A stretch of 41,228 nt of DNA, filler included, from Chloroflexota bacterium (GCA_043754535.1; 2 parts of 2 records of this genome joined end to end with filler, not necessarily neighbours in it), one strand, 5' to 3'; positions 29,273 to 37,933 are shown, numbered from the whole stretch's first letter. A program made the numbers and translations. The notes: generated by a model not told the origin, from the letters alone.

Positions 29273-31519
29273 TTACTGCTCGTCTGCGCCACCAGGGATG
29301 ACAGCGGCCTTGTAGCGCAGCGTCACCGACCAGCTTTCGCCAGCCTGGAGCGCGAGCGGCCAATGGGGGAGCAAGCAACTAGCCTGGTAGACGCGCTCGA
29401 AGCCCGCCTCCGAGTTCTGCACGGTCTCGACCGGCAGCCGCCAGAGGGTGGCTGGCACATCCCAGCCCAACTCAACCTGCACGCCAAACCAGCCGTTGGT
29501 CAGGCGCACGCTACTCGCAGCTGCACTCTCGCCCATTGCGGCAAGGTCAGCTTCAGCCCCATGCGGGCGGCTGCCATCCACCTCGTAGTAGCTATCGGGG
29601 GCGTGGCCGCTCAACATGGCAAAGTTCTGCTCGATAGCGAAGGTGAAGCTACGCTCCCTGCTGTCGTCGTTCGTCACCCGGTAGTCTACGCTGAACTCAC
29701 TGCTGTTAGCCCCCACCCGCAACACCTTCTGTACCGTAACCGGCACGAAGTCTGGCCCATCCCAGACGTGACCAGCGCGCTCTAGCTTGACGACAGCGGC
29801 ACTGTGGTTGCTGGCCGCCTCCAGGGTGAGGGCGTAAGGTTGGTTGACGAAATCGCCGCGCTCGCCATACTGGGCGCGGTAGAAGTCATCCAGGCTAGTG
29901 GCAGGGTCGATAAAGTGGTCAAGCAGGCCGCTGCGCTGATACCAGTCGTAGAACAGCTTGCCCTCCAATCCTTGCTCCTTGACCGTCACGATATCGTGGA
30001 TGCTCTTTACTTCGCCGCCACCACCGTTCTCGCCTTGACCGTCAGCGGTAGTGCCACCCGCACTAGACTGGCTCTCGTGCTGCTGCATCCTTGCCGCAAA
30101 GTCGGTGAGGGTCTTGTGGTAAGGCTCCTGGCGGCGAGTCATCGTGTTGAGCAGGTTGAAGTGGCGGGCGCGCAAATCCCACTCGAACAAAGTGCCACCC
30201 CGGAAGGGCGCGAGGTAGAGATTCTGGCCGCTGCCACTAAGTAGCACCTCGTTGTTGCCATCACAGTCGTGGTCGGCGATCTCTGCCTCAACGATCCCCT
30301 CAAGCCGCCCTTCATTAACAACCTGGTGCTGACTGCCGAAGCCCAGGCGGTCGGTGTCGTTCTCAGCAAGGATCAGTTCGCCGAAGGTGCCGGTGCGGAT
30401 GTGCGGATAGTAGATACCACCGAACAGACCATGCCAATAGGGGCAGTTGCATTGCCCCCGCCAGAGGTGGTCAAGGGCCATCTCACGGGCGGGGCCAGCG
30501 GGCATATTGTAGACCTTCTTGCTCACCCTCAGCATCTTCTTGTGCATGAAGTTGATCTCTGGATACTTGACCATCATGTTGCGCCAGAAGCCACCGCGTA
30601 GGAAGCGGCGCACGTTCTCGTCCTCCGGCTTGTCTAGCTCGTGCAGCAGCTTGTTGAACTGGTAGCTGAGTTCGGTCGGCAACGACCACTCACTCATCTC
30701 GATGTAGCTAGCTGTTTGCAGGTATATCGCACCAATCGGCGGATGCTCAGCCATATACTGGCTCAGGTGGATAGTCTGCAACCACTGCTGGTTCTGCTCA
30801 AGGGCAGTAAAAAAGTGTTCCACCCACTGGGTGTCGCCATAGCAATACTCGAAGGTGCCAGGCCAAAGGCCGAACTTCTCGCCATCGTCGCCCATAACTG
30901 CGACCTGACCATCCTTCAGCGTCTCGCCGAACCAGGTGATCACCTGCTCCACTGGCTTCCAGGGCAACTGGTAGCGCAGCGGCTGACCGGTAGCAAAGAC
31001 GGCCACGGTGCTGCCCTGATCCTCGGTCATGTAGTAGCCGTAGAGATCGTCGTCGGTAAGGCCTACTGCCTTAAAGTGGTTGTCGTCCAGAATGGTGTAC
31101 TTAATGCCCGCCTCGGCGATATACTTGGGCAGGCTCGGCTCCCAGACACGCTCGGCTAGCCACATCCCCTGAGCCTGATAGCCGAAATCCTCCTGCACCT
31201 GGCGGTTCATGCGCTTGATCTGGCCTACGCGGTCGGCTTCGGGCAGGCTGCTGATGATAGGCTCGTAATATGCGCCGCTGATCACTTCCAACTGGCCGCG
31301 ATCTACCAGGGTCTTGACCCTCGTCAGGTAGTCGGGGCGATGCTGGCGCAGCCACTCGACCAGCGGCCCCGTGTTGTGCAAGCTAACCCGCACGCTGGGG
31401 TGCCGCTCCAAAGCCTCCAACATAGGGAGGTAGGACATGGCGTAAGCCTCGGCGAACACGCTATCGAAGTTGCCAATTGGCTGGTGGTTGTGCAGAGCGA
31501 GGGCAAAATACTTGACCAT
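29273..31519 (-). CDS. GH57 alpha-amylase / 4-alpha-glucanotransferase
   Basis: HNHQP, WLAERVWEP (nucleophile Glu), DDGEKFG (acid/base Asp), QCNCPYWHG, C-terminal SEAGFERVYQ. Confidence 0.93.
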   Translation of the reverse strand: MVKYFALALHNHQPIGNFDSVFAEAYAMSYLPMLEALERHPSVRVSLHNTGPLVEWLRQHRPDYLTRVKTLVDRGQLEVISGAYYEPIISSLPEADRVGQIKRMNRQVQEDFGYQAQGMWLAERVWEPSLPKYIAEAGIKYTILDDNHFKAVGLTDDDLYGYYMTEDQGSTVAVFATGQPLRYQLPWKPVEQVITWFGETLKDGQVAVMGDDGEKFGLWPGTFEYCYGDTQWVEHFFTALEQNQQWLQTIHLSQYMAEHPPIGAIYLQTASYIEMSEWSLPTELSYQFNKLLHELDKPEDENVRRFLRGGFWRNMMVKYPEINFMHKKMLRVSKKVYNMPAGPAREMALDHLWRGQCNCPYWHGLFGGIYYPHIRTGTFGELILAENDTDRLGFGSQHQVVNEGRLEGIVEAEIADHDCDGNNEVLLSGSGQNLYLAPFRGGTLFEWDLRARHFNLLNTMTRRQEPYHKTLTDFAARMQQHESQSSAGGTTADGQGENGGGGEVKSIHDIVTVKEQGLEGKLFYDWYQRSGLLDHFIDPATSLDDFYRAQYGERGDFVNQPYALTLEAASNHSAAVVKLERAGHVWDGPDFVPVTVQKVLRVGANSSEFSVDYRVTNDDSRERSFTFAIEQNFAMLSGHAPDSYYEVDGSRPHGAEADLAAMGESAAASSVRLTNGWFGVQVELGWDVPATLWRLPVETVQNSEAGFERVYQASCLLPHWPLALQAGESWSVTLRYKAAVIPGGADEQ

Positions 31520-31720
31520 ATGGTAGCTACTCCTGTTTCTTCATCTTTGCTGGAGGGCAGCACTGGCTTGCGCGGCAGGCCGCGGCGCGCCTATCTTACC
31601 ATAGCGGCTAGCCGGTTAGCAACTACGCTGGCGCAAGGCCATAGCCTGAGCTAGCAGCCCTTGTTTAGACCACAAGCGGGTTTGCCCAAAGTGGCTAGCC
31701 CCAAAGTGGCCTTCATTTCG

Positions 31721-32197
31721 TTAGCTGAAGACGGAGATGATGCCGTTCTCTACTTTTAGCTGCAATGTTGGCAGGTCGCCTGTGTTGCCCTCTGCTGCTG
31801 GGCCAGTCAGCGGGTGACCGCTCTTGTTGAACACACTGCCATGTTGCGGGCAAACAAACTGCTGCTTGCTCTCGTCCCAACCGACCAGTGCGCCCGCGTG
31901 GGTGCAGACCCCGCCCAGCACTTGCGGCTGTTGACTAACTAGCTGGACGAAGACAGGGATTTCGCGCCCGCTGCCGCCTAGCTTCAGCTTGACCGTAGTC
32001 ACCTTACCCACAGCGAAGTCGGTGAGCTTGCCAATTGGTTGCCAGATCGGTTTGGGGTCTTCGCCACAGGCCACCAGCACGTTGGCGGCGGCAACCAGCA
32101 GGCCACTGGCAACGGCCACCTGCCCACAGCGGCGCATGAACTGGCGGCGGCTGATTGTGCCTACCCCAGCCTCATTGTTGTTTGCTGTAATATTCAT
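31721..32197 (-). CDS. Rieske [2Fe-2S] protein, Tat-exported lipoprotein
   Basis: SRRQFM twin-arginine motif, LVA-C lipobox, CTHAG and CPQHGS boxes. Confidence 0.9.
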   Translation of the reverse strand: MNITANNNEAGVGTISRRQFMRRCGQVAVASGLLVAAANVLVACGEDPKPIWQPIGKLTDFAVGKVTTVKLKLGGSGREIPVFVQLVSQQPQVLGGVCTHAGALVGWDESKQQFVCPQHGSVFNKSGHPLTGPAAEGNTGDLPTLQLKVENGIISVFS

Positions 32198-32338
32198 GTG
32201 ATTATTATAACGAGCCACCTGAAGCAGCGTCAAGCGCAGCCGCCTTAAACCTGCGTAAAAATGGCCCGCTGCAACCACAAGGCCAGGGTTATGTCAGCGG
32301 GACGACCCTGTGGATAGTGAGGATTGGCGTAGACTCCC

Positions 32339-32405
32339 TTGCTCCTTCCCCCGCTCTGTGCTATAATAGGCTTGTTCCAATAGTTGGAATATCCAGAAGT
32401 TGGAG
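32339..32405 (+). promoter_or_regulatory. Sigma-70 promoter plus two palindromic operator-like sites upstream of the acyl-CoA dehydrogenase gene
   Basis: TTGCTC-N17-TATAAT followed by TTCCAA-TAG-TTGGAA and ATCCAGAAGTTGGAG. Confidence 0.6.
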
Positions 32406-32534
32406 CATCTGACCCTTTGCCGTTTGACTAGCTGCGGTCTATTGTGATAAGATAGCTAGGCACAACGACGTGCTTAGTTGGCACCTACCCACTTGCTTTA
32501 GGTGCCTAAAAACCCTCACTCGAAGGAGAGCGAG

Positions 32535-33656
32535 ATGGACTTTAGCCTCACTTCCGACCAGCAGATGCTGGTCAGCACCGTTAAGGACTACGTTAACCGC
32601 ACCCTTGAGCCGATTGCCATGCAGGTAGAGACGGATAATCGCATCCCGCAGAACATCTTGCGCGAGATGGCTGACCTCGGCTTCTTCGGCATTCCCTTCG
32701 CCGAGGAGTATGGCGGCCTGGGGGCAGGTCTGCTCGGCCACTGCCTGGTGATTGAGCAACTGGCGGGCAGCAACGCCGCCTACGCCAATATCATTGGGGC
32801 TTCGACTGGTCTAGCCGCCACCGCGATCGACTTGGCGGGCAGCAAGGAGCAGAAAGAACGCTGGCTGACTCCGCTGGCTGCTGGCGAGAAGCTGGGTGCC
32901 TTTGCCCTCAGTGAGCCGCACAGCAGCGATCTCAACAACCTCAACACGACAGCAGAGAAGGTTGGGGACGGCTATCGGCTGCGTGGGCGCAAAGCCTGGG
33001 TTAGCAACGGCCCGGTCGCGGACATAGCCGTCGTCTACGCCCGCACTGACGACGGGGTAAGCGCGTTTGTGTTGGAGCGGGGGTTGGCAGGCTACCGCCC
33101 TGGCGAAGTAGACAGTCGCATGGGTCTGCGCGGCTCCTACAGCAGCGAACTGCACTTCGACGACTGCGCCTTGCCGCTGGATAGCATGATCGGCAAGCCG
33201 GGGGAGGGCGCGCAGATCGCCACCGCCACCCTGGATCGCTACCGCATCGGCCTCTCGGCGCAGGCGGTCGGGGCCGCAGAGCGACTGATGCGCGCCTGTA
33301 TCGATTATAGCAAGCAGCGCAGCCAGTTTGGGCAAGCGATCAGCAACTTCCAGGCGATCCAGAATATGCTCGCCGAGATGGCAACCGACATTGCGATGGC
33401 CCGTGCTGGGGTCTACTACGCTGCCTGGAAGGCTGACAACGGTGAACGCTTTAGCCGCGACGCAGCAATGGTGCGCCTGTTCAGCACCGAGATGCTCAAC
33501 CGCGTAGCTGACCGCGCCGTGCAGATTCATGGCGGCATGGGCTACATGAAGGAACTCTGGATCGAGCGGGCTTACCGCGACGCACGGATGCTCCGCTTGG
33601 CTGAAGGTACCAACGACCTGCAACGCCTGATCATCGCCAACGATCTGCTAGCCTGA
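32535..33656 (+). CDS. Acyl-CoA dehydrogenase
   Basis: EEYGGLG, AFALSEP, GRKAWVSNG, RSQFGQAI, QIHGGMGY, LAEGT; AAGGAG Shine-Dalgarno. Confidence 0.95.
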   Translation: MDFSLTSDQQMLVSTVKDYVNRTLEPIAMQVETDNRIPQNILREMADLGFFGIPFAEEYGGLGAGLLGHCLVIEQLAGSNAAYANIIGASTGLAATAIDLAGSKEQKERWLTPLAAGEKLGAFALSEPHSSDLNNLNTTAEKVGDGYRLRGRKAWVSNGPVADIAVVYARTDDGVSAFVLERGLAGYRPGEVDSRMGLRGSYSSELHFDDCALPLDSMIGKPGEGAQIATATLDRYRIGLSAQAVGAAERLMRACIDYSKQRSQFGQAISNFQAIQNMLAEMATDIAMARAGVYYAAWKADNGERFSRDAAMVRLFSTEMLNRVADRAVQIHGGMGYMKELWIERAYRDARMLRLAEGTNDLQRLIIANDLLA

Positions 33657-33812
33657 ACCCACCCGCTCATCCCTCTCCCAGAGAGGTCTGGCGGGCGGGC
33701 AACTCGCCAGCGCAATCATGCCAAGAATAGCACAAGCACAAATTGACAAGGGCGTGACTTAGTGCGCCTGCGCTACTTACCAAAAAGCAACCGCACCACC
33801 GAGGAGCTTACT

Positions 33813-34589
33813 GTGAACATTGTTGTTTGTGTCAAAGAAACCCCCGACACGACCGCCGAAAAGAAGTTCACTGCCGACCTGCGTCTTGATCGCAGCGCAG
33901 TGGCGGGCGTGATCAACCCCTACGACGAGTATTCGGTCGAGGAGGCTTTGCAGCAGAAAGAGAAGCTGGGTGGCGAAGTCACCGTGCTGACGATGGGGCC
34001 GAGCCGGGCCGAGGAGAGCATTCGCAAAGCCCTGGCCGTTGGTGCAGATCGGGCTGTGCTAGTCAGCGACCCAGCCCTGGCCGACTCCGACCTGGTAGCT
34101 ACCGCCCGCGTGATTGCCGCTGCTCTCAAGAAGATGACCTTCGATCTCGTAATCTTTGGGCAGGCCAGCACTGATAGCAGCGGTGGGATGCTGGCCGCCG
34201 CCGTCGCCGAACTGCTTGGCCTGCCTGCCCTCACCGTTGCTAACAAGCTAGAAGTAGAGGCTGGCAAGGTGCGCATCCAGCGCAGCACTGACCACGGCTA
34301 CGACGTGGTTGAGGCTCCGCTACCCTGCGTAGTCAGCGTAGTGTCGGGCATTAACCTGCCGCGCTACCCCGCCTTGAAGGGGATCATGCAGGCCAAGAAG
34401 AAGGAACTGCTCACCTACAGCCTGGCAGACCTGGGCCTTGACCCAACCAGCGTTGGTAGCAACAGCAAGGGGACGAAGGTCAACAGTGCCAGCCGCGTCA
34501 GCCTCTCGCGCACACCTGAGATTTTCAAGGATGCCGAGCGGGCTGCCGTGTACATAGCCGACTACCTTGAGCGCAAGAAGCTGGTCTGA
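33813..34589 (+). CDS. etfB: Electron transfer flavoprotein beta subunit
   Basis: IVVCVKETPD, INPYDEYSVEEAL, ALAVGAD, NLPRYP. Confidence 0.95.
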   Translation: MNIVVCVKETPDTTAEKKFTADLRLDRSAVAGVINPYDEYSVEEALQQKEKLGGEVTVLTMGPSRAEESIRKALAVGADRAVLVSDPALADSDLVATARVIAAALKKMTFDLVIFGQASTDSSGGMLAAAVAELLGLPALTVANKLEVEAGKVRIQRSTDHGYDVVEAPLPCVVSVVSGINLPRYPALKGIMQAKKKELLTYSLADLGLDPTSVGSNSKGTKVNSASRVSLSRTPEIFKDAERAAVYIADYLERKKLV

Positions 34590-34609
34590 GCAACAGGAGG
34601 GAGAACAAA

Positions 34610-35608
34610 GTGGCAAGCAACAATGAGATTCTAGTGGTCGCCGAACTGACACAAGAGTACCAGCCGAAGAAGGTAACGTTTGAGCTACTGAGCGAGGCGA
34701 AGCGGCTGGCAGGCGGCGGCACAGTCGGGGTACTGGTGCTGGCCCCAGACCCCACGAGCATGGCCGCGAAGCTGGCTGAGTACGGGGCGACAAAGCTATA
34801 CGCCGCTGTGGGCAACGATTGGGCAAAGGAAGTGGCGGGCAGCGCGACCGACGCAGTAGAAGCGGCGATCAAGGCCGCCAACCCAAAGCTGGTGCTGATG
34901 GCTAGCGGGGTAAATGGACGCGATGTTGCAGGTCGCTTGGCTGCTCGCCTGGGGTTGGGGGTGCTGTGGGACGCGACTGCCACCGCCGAGGGTGAGAGCA
35001 GCAACGGTATCACCTTCAACGTACCAATCTGGGGCGGTACCTATACCGTGAACAGCGGCTTTACCCGTGACGAGGCAGTGCTAGCCCTCTGCAAGCCCGG
35101 TAGCTTCGATCTCGCCCGCAGCGAGGGAGTAGCCCCAGCAGTGGTGGTCAACCTGAGCGTCGAGCGCAAGACTCCCTCCGCGCTGATCGTGCAGAGCGTG
35201 CAGGAAGAAGGTGGCGGTGTGAGCCTGGAGGAAGCCAGTACGGTTGTCAGTGGCGGTCGTGGCCTGGGCAAGCCAGAGAACTTCGCCCTGGTAGAAGACC
35301 TGGCGAAGGTGCTGGGCGCGGCGGTCGGTACTACACGGGCGGTAGTGGACGAGGGTTGGCGGCCCTATAACCAGCAGATTGGGCAGACTGGCAAGACGAT
35401 CAAGCCGAAGCTCTACCTGGCGGTGGGCATTAGCGGCGCGATCCAGCATAAGGTAGGGATGCAGACTAGCGAGACCATCGTGGCGATTAACAAAGATGCC
35501 GACGCGCCGATCTTTGAGTTTGCTGACCTTGGCGTGGTGGGTGACCTGTTCAAAATATTGCCTGCTTTGACCGAAGAACTAAAGCGGCGCAAAGGGATAG
35601 CCAGCTGA
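34610..35608 (+). CDS. etfA: Electron transfer flavoprotein alpha subunit
   Basis: VVSGGRG, QIGQTGK, GISGAIQH, AINKDADAPIF. Confidence 0.95.
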   Translation: MASNNEILVVAELTQEYQPKKVTFELLSEAKRLAGGGTVGVLVLAPDPTSMAAKLAEYGATKLYAAVGNDWAKEVAGSATDAVEAAIKAANPKLVLMASGVNGRDVAGRLAARLGLGVLWDATATAEGESSNGITFNVPIWGGTYTVNSGFTRDEAVLALCKPGSFDLARSEGVAPAVVVNLSVERKTPSALIVQSVQEEGGGVSLEEASTVVSGGRGLGKPENFALVEDLAKVLGAAVGTTRAVVDEGWRPYNQQIGQTGKTIKPKLYLAVGISGAIQHKVGMQTSETIVAINKDADAPIFEFADLGVVGDLFKILPALTEELKRRKGIAS

Positions 35609-35667
35609 GGGTAAACTAGAGGGGCTGCGTAGCTACTTCCCCTCCCAGCGAGGGGCTGAGGAGGGTG

Positions 35668-35916
35668 ATGAGTAACACGGACAAGCGCGGCGTGCTAGAC
35701 GATGAGGTGTTTGCCTACCGCACCAGCAAGGACGGCAAGGTATTCATCTCCTGGCAGGGCAAGCAGGTGATGATCCTCAAGGGGCGGCAAGCTGAGGACT
35801 TCCTGAAGAAAATTGGTGGCCTCGAAGGCAAGGCCGCCCAACTGCTGATGGCAAAGCTAACTGGCAACTTCAAACATGGCAACGAGCGGCAAGGTAAGGA
35901 TCATGAGTTAGGCTAG
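35668..35916 (+). CDS. Small basic hypothetical protein
   Basis: GAGGAGG Shine-Dalgarno; globular-looking sequence FAYRTSKDGKVFISW...TGNFKHGNER. Confidence 0.75.
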   Translation: MSNTDKRGVLDDEVFAYRTSKDGKVFISWQGKQVMILKGRQAEDFLKKIGGLEGKAAQLLMAKLTGNFKHGNERQGKDHELG

Positions 35917-35980
35917 GCAACTCTCTGGCTCGCTGCCAAGCAACCAGTTTGGCACTGTATCGCTTGACCTTTGCCAGCCC

Positions 35981-36655
35981 CTACTGGACGGGGTTTACCT
36001 CGCTCGCCACAGCCTCAAGATTGAGGGCAGAGAGGCCGCGTACGCTGCCGTTCGTCGCATCCTCAAACTCGATCCGTTAGCAGCGTACTACGTCGCTCAC
36101 AGTCTGCTGCTCTGTCACCTGCTGGCGGCTAATCCGCACTTCTTCGACAAGCAGTAGTTGCTTCTGCACCACCAGCACCCCGTTCTCCTCGCGGCTGACC
36201 GGGATAGCGGCAGGATCGGCGGGTTGATTGATGGCAACCCGCTCCACCTGCAAGTTATCGTGGGTGAGCGAAACTTGTTGCGCCGACCGCTCCTGCTCAA
36301 CCCGCTTGATGATCCGCAGTTCGCCGAGGCTAACCTCGCGCTTACCAACCACTAGCCGCTCCGCAACCAATGGTACCACCAAGCTACCGCCGCGTTGGAG
36401 GTTGAGCAGTGTCTCTGCCGAGAGGCTACCAGACCGTTCGCGCAGTTCTGCGGCACTTAGGCGCAACCGCACCCGCTCCCTTGTCACCTTACTGATCGCC
36501 TCAGCCGTGACAAGCAGGCTACGCCCCTCCTCCGTTCGTACTAGCAGGTAGGTCAGGCCGCCATCCTGCAAGGCGGTATCGCTGACCGTGCCAAGATAGC
36601 CGTCACTGGCCTCAACCTGCATCCCTACTGTAGCCTGAATGTTGCTCTGCTCCAT
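35981..36655 (-). pseudogene. YsnF/AvaK (DUF2382) stress protein with PRC-like N-terminus; probable premature stop at 36077-36079
   Basis: GMQVEASDGYLGTV; VPLVAERLVVGKREV; reading continues in frame after TAA as RIEFEDATN... to TAG at 35981. Confidence 0.65.
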
Positions 36656-36710
36656 AGTTGCCTCTCCTCAATCAAGACGTGGGTCTGCGCTCTGCTCTAG
36701 CTGGCTAATG

Positions 36711-36725
36711 GCAAGAGCTGTACCA
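36711..36725 (-). promoter_or_regulatory. Putative sigma-54-type -24/-12 promoter
   Basis: TGGTACAGCTCTTGC (GG-N10-GC) on the minus strand, about 55 nt upstream of the ysnF-like start. Confidence 0.6.
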
Positions 36726-36756
36726 GCCCTTGAGCCACTACGAAGCTGGCGCAACT

Positions 36757-36785
36757 TTGACAAAGGCCGCCGCTGCTGGTACAAT
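36757..36785 (+). promoter_or_regulatory. Sigma-70 promoter of sodN
   Basis: TTGACA-N17-TACAAT with extended TG. Confidence 0.8.
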
Positions 36786-36858
36786 TTATGCAGCAGCCCT
36801 TTTGATAGCCATGCGACCAGCAAATCTGTACATAACAAGCAAGTATAGGGAGAAACTG

Positions 36859-37335
36859 ATGAACATCAAGAACCTGTTCCCAACTGTGACCGCCGAGGCA
36901 CATTGCGATGTACCTTGTGGCATTTACGACCCGACCCCGGCCAAGATTGCAGCCAAGACGGTTGCGCGCATGATCGAGCAGATGGAAGGCCTGGCCCAGC
37001 CCGCTGCTGGTGATGCCCACGCCAACCTCAGCTACCTCAACGCAACCACGCGCCGCATTGGAGTGAAGGAGCAACACGCCGAAGTCTGCAAGCGCGAACT
37101 GGAAACTCTTTGGTCAGACTTCTTCAAGCCTGAACACCTGGAGCAGTTCCCCAACCTGCACACTGCCTTCTGGCAAGCGGTCAAGCTGGCCTCCAAGTGC
37201 AAGCAGGAGAGCCACAAGGAAGATGCTTACGCACTAATCGCTGCCGTAGACCAAATCGCCGAGATGTTCTACACCGCGAAGAAGGCACCGCAGAAGTATG
37301 ATGCCTACAAGCTGATCACCGACACCCTCTATTGA
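36859..37335 (+). CDS. sodN: Nickel superoxide dismutase precursor
   Basis: Ni-hook HCDVPCGIYDP after a 14-aa leader ending AEA; KEQHA, LWSDFFK. Confidence 0.96.
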   Translation: MNIKNLFPTVTAEAHCDVPCGIYDPTPAKIAAKTVARMIEQMEGLAQPAAGDAHANLSYLNATTRRIGVKEQHAEVCKRELETLWSDFFKPEHLEQFPNLHTAFWQAVKLASKCKQESHKEDAYALIAAVDQIAEMFYTAKKAPQKYDAYKLITDTLY

Positions 37336-37715
37336 TCTTGATAGTGAGCGAGTGGCTGAAGGGGTGGGTGGGCCAGCGTTTGGCTCACCCATTCTTTTTG
37401 GTACGGGTTAGCGGCGAGAGTATGTGGCCGCTGCTAGTCCCCGGTCGCCGCTACCTCGCCAGTTCGCTGCTGGCTCCACGCCCAGGGCGGATCGTAGTTG
37501 CCCCCAACCCCTCCTACCCACCAGAGTTGCTGATCAAACGCGTCGAGTGGCTGGAGGGCCAGCAGTTGCATCTGGGTGGCACCGTCGCCTGGTCGAACAG
37601 TTATGTTGTGCCTCGCCAGAGCGTCTACGGCGTGCTGCTGTCGCGGAGGTTGCGCTGGTTAGTCCCAGCCCGAGCTGCCAGCCAACCGCTTAGCCAAAGA
37701 CAAAGCAGCGACTAG
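37332..37715 (+). CDS. sodX: Ni-SOD maturation peptidase (S26-like)
   Basis: RVSGESMWPLL (Ser), LLIKRV (Lys); directly downstream of sodN; start may be GTG at 37344. Confidence 0.8.
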   Translation: MILIVSEWLKGWVGQRLAHPFFLVRVSGESMWPLLVPGRRYLASSLLAPRPGRIVVAPNPSYPPELLIKRVEWLEGQQLHLGGTVAWSNSYVVPRQSVYGVLLSRRLRWLVPARAASQPLSQRQSSD

Positions 37716-37730
37716 CAACAATTTCCACCT

Positions 37731-37921
37731 TTTTGTCAGATTGACACTAACAAACCCTTGACAGAAGCGACTGATGCTGCTATAATAGTGTCAGACGAAC
37801 ACTAAAGACGGCTACGACGAGCCGCTTTTCTTTGGTCATTTAGATAGTGTAAGACTGACAACAAGTAACTGGCCTGGAGCCACTTATTTTTGGCTGCTTA
37901 GATAGTGTGAGATAAACACGA
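37731..37921 (+). promoter_or_regulatory. Four palindromic operators (consensus TAGTGT-N7-ACACTA, NrtR-like) around a consensus sigma-70 promoter
   Basis: Copies at 37731, 37786, 37845 and 37903; TTGACA(37758)-N17-TATAAT(37781). Confidence 0.8.
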
Positions 37922-37933
37922 AGGAGGTGAAGG

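Noticed and set aside
35950..35963. TGGCACTGTATCGC as another sigma-54 site
   Set aside because: GG-to-GC spacing is 9 rather than 10, and no same-strand gene follows closely
37731..37921. Mini-CRISPR array interpretation of the ~58-bp periodic repeats
   Set aside because: Repeats are only 19 bp and degenerate, the intervening sequences resemble each other, no cas genes are present, and the positions fit operators
37731..37933. CIRCE/HrcA heat-shock control of the Hsp70 gene
   Set aside because: No TTAGCACTC-N9-GAGTGCTAA element, and no grpE or dnaJ adjacent
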